From contig CAWBCJ010000008.1 of the NCBI GenBank assembly GCA_963787255.1, forward strand, positions 1-17,863: 17,863 nucleotides of DNA, in the 5' to 3' direction. The notes under the pieces were generated by a model that saw only the letters and a list, made by a program, of their open reading frames with translations, ran no database searches and was not told the DNA's origin. Position numbers and translations under genes: made by a program. Positions 10,000 to 17,863 of this stretch are shown one piece after another (the stretch's first letter is position 1; every line of letters starts with the position of its first letter). The stretch comes from Methanobacteriota archaeon (GTDB lineage Archaea; Methanobacteriota; Methanobacteria; Methanobacteriales; Methanobacteriaceae).

Positions 10000-10070
10000 T
10001 AATAGGCCTCAATTTAGTTTAACTATAATTAAATAAAATATAAAAAGTAGATTTGACATATTAAAATATT

Positions 10071-10120
10071 GGACCACTCCGGGACATGGCTTGGTACCCC
10101 CATATATGTCCCGGACAATC
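10071..10120 (-). other. GC-rich stem-loop in the 3' flank of the pei-like gene
   Basis: Perfect 10-bp inverted repeat TCCGGGACAT (10078-10087) / ATGTCCCGGA (10106-10115), extendable with G-U pairs on the minus strand. Confidence 0.6.
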
Positions 10121-10153
10121 CTTCAAAACTTTTTTTCATTTATATCTGCAATT

Positions 10154-10860
10154 CTAAAATTCTCCGTCATCAACGAGAAGCCATAATGGATTTTTCACAA
10201 GTTCTGTAGGTTTTCCACTGCACATATACTGTCCAATGCTTACTTTCCATTTCATCATACCTGCTGCGTCGAATATCTTATTATTTTCATCGTAAGTAAC
10301 CCAAATATGGCCGCCGCATTTAAATTTACCCCGCCAAATATTAACATTTTTACGGTTCATTTCAATTAAAATAACTCCTTACAATCTGGCTTATATCCAC
10401 ACAGTTAGCTCCTGGAGGACCTATTTTTTCTAAATCTTTTAAGACTGATTCTGGTTTTTTCTTATCATTTACATAATGTTCATAGTCGGGATGGTTTTGA
10501 AATGCTACTTGCATTTCTTCGGGAGTATCAAATTTTCTTTTTAAAACTCTTTCAAGTCCTAACCATAATTCTGATTTTCTGTTTTTTCCAGTTACAATAC
10601 TCCATGGTTTCATCAAAGCAAAATCAGCAACCATTCCACTAGTATTGAAATAGTCTAATATCATACTGTACATGTAGACTAGGTTAGGTAAATCCTAGAT
10701 GGTTTCCTAGGCTGGTTTGATATGCGAAGTCCGGTGCCCTGTTTTCCTTGTCTGCAAGCTTTTTAATTGCAGATGCGATAGTCAAGTATTCATTTCTAGG
10801 TATGTTGCCCGCTGCTTGATCTCATCTCTTGGATTTGCAGGTCCACTAATATTTTTATAT
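10154..10860 (-). CDS. Pseudomurein-binding repeat protein with PeiW/PeiP-like cysteine endoisopeptidase domain; 5'-truncated, frameshifted
   Basis: Joined frames: GNIPRNEYLTIASAIKKLADKENRAPDFAYQTSLGNHLGF..LVYMYSMILDYFNTSG..KPWS (PMBR-like), then YEHYVND, GANCVDISQ (Cys), KCGGHIWV (His), IFDAAG (Asp). Confidence 0.8.
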
Positions 10861-13023
10861 TGGAACAATTTTCTAAGACACTTATGGATTTTGGACTTAC
10901 ACAGATAGACGCCGATATCTACATTTTTCTTGCAAAGAAAGGTACTCAAAAAGGACTAGAGATACGCAACGCACTAAAACTAACCAAAGAACAAATCTAT
11001 TCCAGTTTAAAAAACATGAAGAGCAAAGGAATCATAAGCTCCACCATTGAGCATCCCGCTCGGTTCAGCGCTTTGCCCTTCGAAAAAGTTTTAGATCTAT
11101 TCATAAAAGCAAAGGTGGAAGAAACACAGCGTCTTCAACAAACCAAAGATGAAATTCTCTCCAATTGGGAGAGCCTCAAAATTGCAGAAAACGACAACTC
11201 AGCAAAGTTCACAGTGATCCAAGGCCGAACCTTCATCTACTCAAAAATCCAACAAATGATTCAAGAAACAACAAAACAAGTCCTCACCATAACCACAGTG
11301 CCAACCCTGGCACAAGCCGACCAACGAGGCATTTTCGATCTAATCAACAATCTTCCCTTGAAAACAAACGTTAGATTCCGATTTCTAGCTGAGTTATCAC
11401 AGCAAAACGCATCCGCAATTAAAGCTCTACTAAACGACACAACAAACGCTAAGCTCAACATTGAAGGCAGAAACCCTGACCTCGGATTGACTCTTTTTCC
11501 TCAGATGCTCATAAGAGACGAGGAAGAAGCGCTGTTTTTTGTTAAGCCCAGAAAGGAAACATCAATAATAGAACAAGACGATGTATGTCTTGTGGACTGA
11601 CTGCAAAACTCTTGTAAAAGCGTTCACAGCAATTTTTGAGGAACTTTGGCACAACTCAACAGACATACGAGAAAAAATACTTGAAATCGAAACCGGCAAA
11701 CCCGCACCAAAAACGATTATTATTCAAGATGCCGAAACTGCAAAAAAGAAGTATGACAAGATCTTGAGGATCAGCTAAAGAGGAAATCATAGCCATGACT
11801 TCCTCCAAAGGTCTTGTAGAATTATCAACAAACTTGCCGCAACTAAATGATTGGAGCGAAAACAACAGTTAGTCGTGAAAATTATGGCTCCAATAGTTGT
11901 CGAGAACCTCGAAGCGGCTAAACATCTCTCACGCTTCTGCTCGGTTAAGCATGTTCCACCAAACTATAAGCAAACTATCATAGTCGATGGAAAACACCTC
12001 TTCCAATTCACCACTTCAAATCCGAGAAACCCACAGAGCGATTCAACATTACAATTCGAAAATACGCTTTACACAACTGATCCCAAATATGTCCAAAAAA
12101 CCAAAGCGATGCTACATGAAATCTGGAAAAATTCAAATTCTCTATCGAGTGATAATCTGGAATCGATATTTGGAACAAGTGTTCGAAGTCAAAGTGCATA
12201 TTTTCCAGGAGCAATTCGAAGGTCCTGGTCCTGACGGAACGTTTCAGCCTCTTCCTCCAGCTGACCAAGCAAATAAAGACAATTATGCAGTTATCGAAAT
12301 TGTTGACGATGACCCATTGGAAAAACTGACAGAGCAGGACGTTTTAAACGAAATCATTAGTACACAGAAATTTCCAGAAAAAAATCACATTGGACTATAC
12401 AAAATCTATTCCAGTCAAGCAATAGCTATCATAAACCCACCAGACTTCTTCAAACTACCACCAATTCTGATTCGAATTCACCATATTGAAAAACACTCCA
12501 CTTTTGGAGAAGAAGATGTCATAATAATTAACTTGTGGCTTGAGACACCGAATGGTTATGCATATGTGCCAGTCGCTGTCTTTACCGACAGCCCCGAAGC
12601 TCAAGACAATGTGGAAAAAACAGTTCTCAGCAACACCTGCAGGTCGAAACGTTCAGTTGGCCAAAAAAGACGAGTTACAAGTATCGGTGCATGGCAATAC
12701 TATGTTTGCAGGTTGGACAATGCCAATCCCGCTTTTTCCTGAACAAAACATCCTTCCACCTGCATGCATATTAGTTGAAGGATACGGAAACGTCAAGAAC
12801 CGAAGCTTACACAGTCGTTCAACCTTCTGGAGGAAAGTTTAGCGCCAAACAAAACGGCTTCGATGCCTTCGTAACTTTCATGCATCCATCTTCAAAATAC
12901 TCTGGACCAGGTACCGATGGATTCTTAGTAAGAGATTTCATCGGCGAAATTAACCTGGAATTCATCAAAGGTTTCCAATCACGTCTCCAAACTAAACTAA
13001 TTGAAAAAACGAAATCCCAGTAA
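10860..13023 (+). CDS. Long (~700 aa) TrmB-family transcriptional regulator, split by several frameshifts
   Basis: N-terminal wHTH LMDFGLTQIDADIYIFL...YSSLKNMKSKGII...PARFSALP. Two effector-like units end AFTAIFEELWHNS and KAMLHEIWKNS. Consecutive overlapping ORFs 10860, 11581, 11851, 11987, 12540 and 12775. Confidence 0.85.
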
Positions 13024-13141
13024 AACGTGATACTGGATTATTTTAGACTTTGACGATTACTTTGCTAACCTTCGTAGCTGCATCTAACAAAGCTCATGAG
13101 AAATACCTCTTTAGCCAACTAAAGTATTTTTACTGGTAAAT

Positions 13142-13169
13142 TGGGGCTAGGATCCCCCTCTCGGCGCCA
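13142..13169 (+). repeat. tRNA-Ser 3'-end fragment / att-like site, copy 1
   Basis: TGGGG-CTAGGAT-CCCCC-TCTCGGC-G-CCA: T-stem, 7-nt loop, acceptor 3' strand, G discriminator and CCA. No 5' half is present. Confidence 0.8.
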
Positions 13170-13454
13170 ATTAACCAGTTAGGGTTATTCTCAAGCTTAC
13201 TTTGTATAAAACCTACATAGTTGAGACGAATAGTCTTCGCTTAGGTTTAGTTTCCCTAATCCATCTGAGCGAAGGAAGGTCCCAAAGTTTCCGGACACCA
13301 AATAAGTCGAAAACTTAAGAGATGATAAAAGATTGGAAAAAAAGTTCGGCGAGTACATTGCCGGGAAAGATGACGCTGGAATTGGGCGCTAACAAGATTT
13401 GCTTTTGAGATTTGGGGTCAAACTAAAGAAGAAATGGAATAGCTGGTTGACTTC

Positions 13455-14039
13455 TCATTTGGCGATCACTGGTTTGAATGATCGAATCCCGATAAATCGT
13501 GGAACTTTCTTGCAATATTCTTCATATGGTTGCCCGTACTGTTGACGTAACCAGGGTTCTTCGCTGAAAGGAATGATGAAAAATAAAAATATTGCAAATG
13601 CGCCAGTAACTAAAGCCATCAATGACCAAGAAACAAGAATTATTATCCCGCTGTATAGAATTATAAAGCCAACGTACTGTGGGTTTCGTGTGAAATGGTA
13701 AGGTCCCTCGGTTACTATTTTTCCCTTCTCGCCAAGACTTTGTTGTGCAGTTAACGTTTTAGTTCCCCAAAGGTCAATTCCCAATCCAAGCCCAAATAAA
13801 AATCCTCCAACCACGAATCGGATCCAATGGCTGTAACTTAGCGATTGAAAATCAAGTAATCCAATCAATGGTACGCCAAACATTACAATGGTAAATAGCG
13901 TCCAGCTTACCCATTGTTGCCACGAATCTTTTCTTGGAGGCGGCCATATACGTGACTTCGGAAATAATGTGCTGACTGCTATAACTAGGAGTAGAGAGAA
14001 ATCCGAAAAAAGGATCAATGCAAACAGCCATAGGTTCAT
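13455..14039 (-). CDS. Isoprenylcysteine carboxylmethyltransferase / PEMT family membrane methyltransferase
   Basis: IVTEGPYHFTRNPQYVG and EEPWLRQQYGQPYEEYCKKVPRF motifs with multiple TM segments. Confidence 0.92.
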   Translation of the reverse strand: MNLWLFALILFSDFSLLLVIAVSTLFPKSRIWPPPRKDSWQQWVSWTLFTIVMFGVPLIGLLDFQSLSYSHWIRFVVGGFLFGLGLGIDLWGTKTLTAQQSLGEKGKIVTEGPYHFTRNPQYVGFIILYSGIIILVSWSLMALVTGAFAIFLFFIIPFSEEPWLRQQYGQPYEEYCKKVPRFIGIRSFKPVIAK

Positions 14040-14185
14040 GACTTCAGTTAGAGTAGGTAGGAGTGATATTAGGTTTTGGAAAAAATTACATTCTGAACAG
14101 GCGTCAGCAAATTATTAATTGCTAGAAAGCCTTTCTGTTTAATTGTATTAATAATTCTAAATGATTCTAAAAGTGGAGTAGTGAA

Positions 14186-14757
14186 TTGCAGTTGAAGATT
14201 CGGGAAAGTGACATGCCAAAAGAGGAAGAATGGACCCAGTTTTTTGACCCTGAAAAAGCACTGAGCCTTTTAGGCTTAAATCATAAAGTAGTTAATGTGG
14301 CGGATTTTGGTTGTGGCTATGGAACTTTCACTATACCTGCTGCAAAAATAATCGCTGGAAAAATTTACGCTTTTGATATTGAACCTGAAATGATTGAGGC
14401 TATTGGGAGGAGGGTGAAAGCACTTTCTCTTGGTAATGTGGAGGCGATTCTTCGAGATTTCTTGGCGAAAGGTTCTGGGCTAAAGGATGGGAGTGTTGAC
14501 TATGTATTTCTTTTTAATATCCTCCATCTTGAAAAACCTGAAGGCTCTACTAAAAGAAGTCTTACCGAATTTTGGAGGTTGGCGGTAGGGTTGGAATTAT
14601 TCACTGGAACTATGACCCCACAACCCCCAGAGGTCCGCCAATGGATATTCGCCCCAGACCTGAACAATGCAGAAGATGGGCTGAATCGGTTGGGTTTATT
14701 TTTGAAAAAAAGCTCGACTTAAAACCATATCATTATGGCCTTGTTTTGAGGAAGTAA
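14186..14757 (+). CDS. Class I SAM-dependent methyltransferase, frameshift near 14545
   Basis: Motif I VADFGCGYGTF, YAFDIEPEM and VDYVFLFNILH. C-terminus GGRVGIIHWNYDPTTPRGPP lies in ORF 14572..14757. Confidence 0.9.
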
Positions 14758-14782
14758 GCAGTTTTTTTTCAGCGCTTAATAA

Positions 14783-14884
14783 TTATTGTTTTCTTGGGGC
14801 ATTACGCCTTCTAAATAACAAGAAGGCAACTATAACAACGGCGATAGCTACAACTATCAATATTGCAACGTATACCAAGAGCAT
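14783..14884 (-). CDS. Small single-pass membrane peptide or C-terminal anchor remnant
   Basis: MLLVYVAILIVVAIAVVIVAFLLFRRRNAPRKQ*: a hydrophobic helix plus basic tail. It may extend upstream through a frameshift. Confidence 0.45.
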   Translation of the reverse strand: MLLVYVAILIVVAIAVVIVAFLLFRRRNAPRKQ

Positions 14885-15110
14885 GTCTTGTTCCCGCTTG
14901 CGGAATTTCTTTATTCCCAGTTGGAGCACTATCAGAAAACCTAAAAATCCGCAATATCCGCTTGAAGAAATCCGCAAGCCAGGTCCAGTGGGCGACTGTG
15001 ACATGGTGTATGAAATAAAAAATTGAAAGCAAGAATTGTCGCGTCAATCATTAGTTAAAGTTCCGTAACTTTAAATTTCAGCACTTAACAATACATTACT
15101 GGAGATTTTT

Positions 15111-15548
15111 ATGCCTGAAATGAATTTTGAAGGAACTGCCACGTGGAAAGGTGCAACTGAATGCGAACTCTCAATCAAAGGAAATAAACTTGTAACGGTT
15201 AGCCCACCGCCATCTTTTGGAGGAAAAGAAGGCTACTGTGTTCCTGAGGACATTTTCGCCGCTGCACTGGCTTCATGCATCAACACACTATTTCTGTTGA
15301 TTGCTAAGAACAGCCAATTGGGGCTCAAGAACCTAGAGACTGTTGCAAACGTAAAGATGAATGTAGAAGGCATGGAGAAACTAATTTTTACAAACGTCCA
15401 CTTCAACATGAATGTTGGCTTGGAAAACGACAATGAGCGTGAACGCAAAAAAGCTACCACAGTCTATGGAATGGCGCAGAAGATTTGTCCCATAAGGCAA
15501 TCTTGGGGAGACGCAGTTCCCATAAGTTTTGAACTCAACTTTAAGTAA
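15111..15548 (+). CDS. OsmC/Ohr family protein
   Basis: GGAGA RBS, PPPSFGGKEG..PEDIFAAALASC and AQKICPI. Both conserved Cys are present. Confidence 0.92.
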   Translation: MPEMNFEGTATWKGATECELSIKGNKLVTVSPPPSFGGKEGYCVPEDIFAAALASCINTLFLLIAKNSQLGLKNLETVANVKMNVEGMEKLIFTNVHFNMNVGLENDNERERKKATTVYGMAQKICPIRQSWGDAVPISFELNFK

Positions 15549-15720
15549 AACCTATTTTCACCCTTCTTTTTTAAAATGTTCAACAAAAGAAAGATATGGA
15601 ATTAACTTCAAAAAATATAAAAATAAAGTTTCGTTTAAAAACCCACAATAGGTTATAATTGAGGCAACAGTTTCAGTAACTTAATTTTTTCATAAGAGGA
15701 AAAACAAGAATAATTAAGTA

Positions 15721-15750
15721 ATGGGCTAGAATCCCCCTCTCAGCTCTCGG
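15721..15750 (+). repeat. tRNA-Ser 3'-end fragment / att-like site, copy 2 (degenerate)
   Basis: ATGGGCTAGAATCCCCCTCTCAGC is near-identical to copy 1, followed by a second TCTCGG. It lacks GCCA. Confidence 0.7.
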
Positions 15751-15868
15751 AATTCAGGCTTCAGAAAGACCATAATATCAAAGTTCGTCAACGATGCGTT
15801 TTATGTGCTATGTTGTTCCATTAATTGCCCATTTTAAGGGAATGATTATCATTTTTCCTTTAAGCATG

Positions 15869-16140
15869 TTAAGTCTTACTTTTGAACCTGGTAGGTTCAC
15901 CCATCAGTTTTGAATACGGATCTTGAATAATTATGATTTCAGGTTCCTTCCCCAGTCCTTTTGTCAAGGTTTCTAACTCGGTAAAGGAAAAAATTAGACC
16001 CATTCTCAACTTTTCGCGCGGCATCCCATTCAAGGGCGGTAAGCTCAACATTCTGCAAATCTCCTTTGGAAGACTTAACTTCAATTTCTCTTGTTTCCCT
16101 TTTGCATCTGGAAAGAATGTCGTATCCGCAATGAACTTTT
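15869..16140 (-). pseudogene. C-terminal part of a hypothetical protein
   Basis: The open frame KKFIADTTFFPDAKG...EPEIIIIQDPYSKLMGEPTRFKSKT* abuts the oppositely oriented hicA remnant. No convincing start. Confidence 0.4.
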
Positions 16141-16143
16141 TCT

Positions 16144-16269
16144 TTCGATTCGACAATGAGAACAGTCGTAGTTCCAAAGCATCAAGAAATTGCCATTGGC
16201 ACGCTCAAAGGCATTTTGTTGCAAGCCGGGCTTCCAGATGATGAATTTCTCAACTCAGTTGGTAACTAA
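16144..16269 (+). pseudogene. hicA: HicA toxin, C-terminal half only
   Basis: RTVVVPKHQEIAIGTLKGILLQAGLPDDEFLNSVGN* is a canonical HicA tail. An in-frame TGA sits at 16132 and no GSH motif is found upstream. Confidence 0.8.
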
Positions 16270-16482
16270 ATTTTTAAATCCAAAACCAAGGTAGCTACTG
16301 GTTCGCCGTTCAACGCCCGTTCCTTCTCCCAAGCTTCAGCGTATTCAAACCAAAGCTCAAAAGCCTCTTGGAAATTTTTTAAAGCTTCATCACAAGTTTT
16401 CCCTTGACTAGTAAACGCCAGTTACCGGATCAGCTGCAACATACAATTCCCCTTCTTTGTGTACAGTAATTCCGATTTTCAT
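16266..16482 (-). CDS. hicB: HicB (UPF0150) antitoxin, one extra base near 16413
   Basis: MKIGITVHKEGELYVAADPVTGV-TSQGKTCDEALKNFQEAFELWFE...LDLKI*. Confidence 0.85.
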
Positions 16483-16641
16483 CGAAGATGCCTGAAATCA
16501 TAACTGTGTACGGTTCTTATTAAACTCGCTCATGCAAAATTCCATTCTATTGCCACAAAATTTGGGCACTTACACACGTAAACTGGTGATAGAAGCCGGG
16601 TTATGAATTTGAGTAAGTGAAAATTTTGACATGCGATTTGA

Positions 16642-16667
16642 ATGGGGTTAATAATCTCTCGGCGCCA
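16642..16667 (+). repeat. tRNA-Ser 3'-end fragment / att-like site, copy 3
   Basis: ATGGGGTTAATAATCTCTCGGCGCCA shares CTCTCGGCGCCAATT exactly with copy 1. Confidence 0.78.
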
Positions 16668-16801
16668 ATTTACGGGTAAAGTACTTCAGTTTTTATGCAC
16701 AAATAAGTGCAATTAAAAATTATTTGCACCTGCATTAGCATACGAAAGTACAAAAATGCTTTTATTATCGATACAGCATTCGTATTACCAACTGATGAAC
16801 G

Positions 16802-17014
16802 ATGGAAACAGTTACAGTATCTAAGAAATATCAAATCGTAATCCCCGAGAAGATACGCAAACAATCAGGAATTAAACCCGGAGATAAGATGGTTGCTATT
16901 ACTAAACATGGAATTATCCAGTACATACCTGTTCGACCCATAAAAGAAACAGAAGGATTTATCCTAGGACTTGACACAAAAGGCTTACGCGACGAGTCTG
17001 ATAGAATTGATTAG
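16802..17014 (+). CDS. vapB: AbrB/MazE/SpoVT-family antitoxin (VapB)
   Basis: VTVSKKYQIVIPEKIRKQSGIKPGDK motif, overlapping the downstream PIN gene. Confidence 0.92.
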   Translation: METVTVSKKYQIVIPEKIRKQSGIKPGDKMVAITKHGIIQYIPVRPIKETEGFILGLDTKGLRDESDRID

Positions 17015-17378
17015 TATAGATAGCTTTGGATGGACAGAACGATTCACAAAAGGGCCGAAGGCACCGCAATACAAAAAAATAATTGAATCAATGCAGCCTA
17101 AAGAGATAGTGACTTCGGTTGTTGTACTCTACGAAGTCTACAAAAAAATAAAAAAAGTAAAAGGAGAAGAAGAAGCTTTACTAGCAGTTGCCGCTCTTAG
17201 CCAGACGACGATTGTGCCAGTTGACCAATCAATTTCACTTGAAGCAGCAGATTACAGTCTTGAACATAATCTGCATTTTGCTGACGCACTTGTTTATGCC
17301 ACTGCTCGCCATTTGAAGGCTAAACTCTATACGAGCGATGATGATCTGAAGGCATTAAAAGACGTGTATTTTGTGTAA
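17007..17378 (+). CDS. vapC: PIN-domain VapC toxin
   Basis: Probable TTG start at 17007. Acidic catalytic residues in IDSFGW, LYEVYK, FADALVYA and YTSDDD. Confidence 0.93.
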   Translation: MISIDSFGWTERFTKGPKAPQYKKIIESMQPKEIVTSVVVLYEVYKKIKKVKGEEEALLAVAALSQTTIVPVDQSISLEAADYSLEHNLHFADALVYATARHLKAKLYTSDDDLKALKDVYFV

Positions 17379-17456
17379 CAGTACGAGAAGTATCGTTTCA
17401 ACAACTCCTTGTACGATATTGTTTTGTCATGAAATTCAAATGAGTTTAAGCAAATA

Positions 17457-17466
17457 CTCGGCGCCA
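17457..17466 (+). repeat. tRNA-Ser 3'-end fragment / att-like site, copy 4 (short)
   Basis: CTCGGCGCCA, intergenic, followed by the same downstream motif as copies 1 and 3. Confidence 0.65.
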
Positions 17467-17514
17467 TTTTTCAGGTAAAAATGCTTACCTTTCCATGTTA
17501 TAAACGGATACTTG

Positions 17515-17863
17515 CTATGCAGTGCCTTTTCTGAAAAATGCGGAGTCTTTCATCGCTGCCATGGCTCCCTCTCCTGCTGCGTAAGAGACTTGCATTCCCC
17601 CGCAAGTGCAATCTCCCGCTGCAAAAACGCCCTTTATGTTAGTCCTTTGCTGTCGATCAACAGTTGGCATCCGGTTCTATCGGTGGTTATTCCTGCGCTT
17701 TTACTATTGCCGTCATGGGTACACCGCCCAAAGAAACAAAGACTCCGTTTACAGCTTTTTCTGTAGCTTGTTTATTGTCATATTCGAGTATTTTTACGGC
17801 TTTAACAACCTGATCACCTATAATTTCAGTAACTTGTCCCTTAGCGATTTCAATGTTAGGTCT
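17515..17863 (-). CDS. trxB: Thioredoxin reductase-like NAD(P)/FAD oxidoreductase, C-terminal part (frameshifted, starts beyond the window)
   Basis: VTEIIGDQVVKAV...VNGVFVSLGGVP...VDRQQRTNIKGVFAAGDCTCGGMQVSYAAGEGAMAA, including the second FAD motif. Confidence 0.85.

Noticed and set aside
10360-10364. Selenocysteine readthrough of TGA with the 10071 hairpin as SECIS
   Set aside because: The downstream ORF is in another frame, and one indel explains the split.
10717-12268. ORFs 10717, 11165, 11261, 11656 and 12008
   Set aside because: They overlap the better-supported pei and trmB frames.
13100-13170. Intact tRNA-Ser gene
   Set aside because: No 5' acceptor strand (GCCGAG), D-arm or anticodon arm upstream, and the T-loop is degenerate.
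13082-13185. Integron attC site (ATCTAAC ... GTTAGGG)
   Set aside because: R boxes pair poorly, there are no convincing L boxes, and it is not repeated at other module ends. IntegronFinder would settle it.
13226-13280. Hammerhead or group I ribozyme fragment
   Set aside because: The core CUGANGA/GAAA and paired P7 elements are not present.
13888-17766. ORFs 13888, 15233, 15933, 16670 and 17512
   Set aside because: Shadows of the ICMT, OsmC, hicA-region, vapB and trxB genes, with no motifs of their own.

Overview
The window looks like two unrelated archaeal genome pieces joined head-to-head at about 10,860. Many genes are split by single-base indels, typical of an unpolished long read or low-coverage assembly. 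The left part (1 to ~10,860, very AT-rich) is Methanobacteriales-like: CheB methylesterase start, CadD, MntP, DedA, an AAA+/wHTH ATPase, a multi-PAS histidine kinase with a divergent pseudo-receiver, a PeiW-like pseudomurein endoisopeptidase with binding repeats, and several gene remnants (second Pei tail, CDF head, type IIG R-M tail, Mrr head) around a GC-rich foreign gene. The right part (~10,860 to the end, higher GC, probably Bathyarchaeia-like, an inference) holds a long TrmB regulator, ICMT and SAM methyltransferases, OsmC, a HicA remnant with HicB, AbrB-VapC and a thioredoxin reductase tail. The strongest unexplained signal is four direct copies of a tRNA-Ser 3' end (CTCGGC-G-CCA). Three are followed at fixed spacing by a 12-bp quasi-palindrome, and together they divide the right part into small integrase-free modules, like a tRNA-anchored cassette array.
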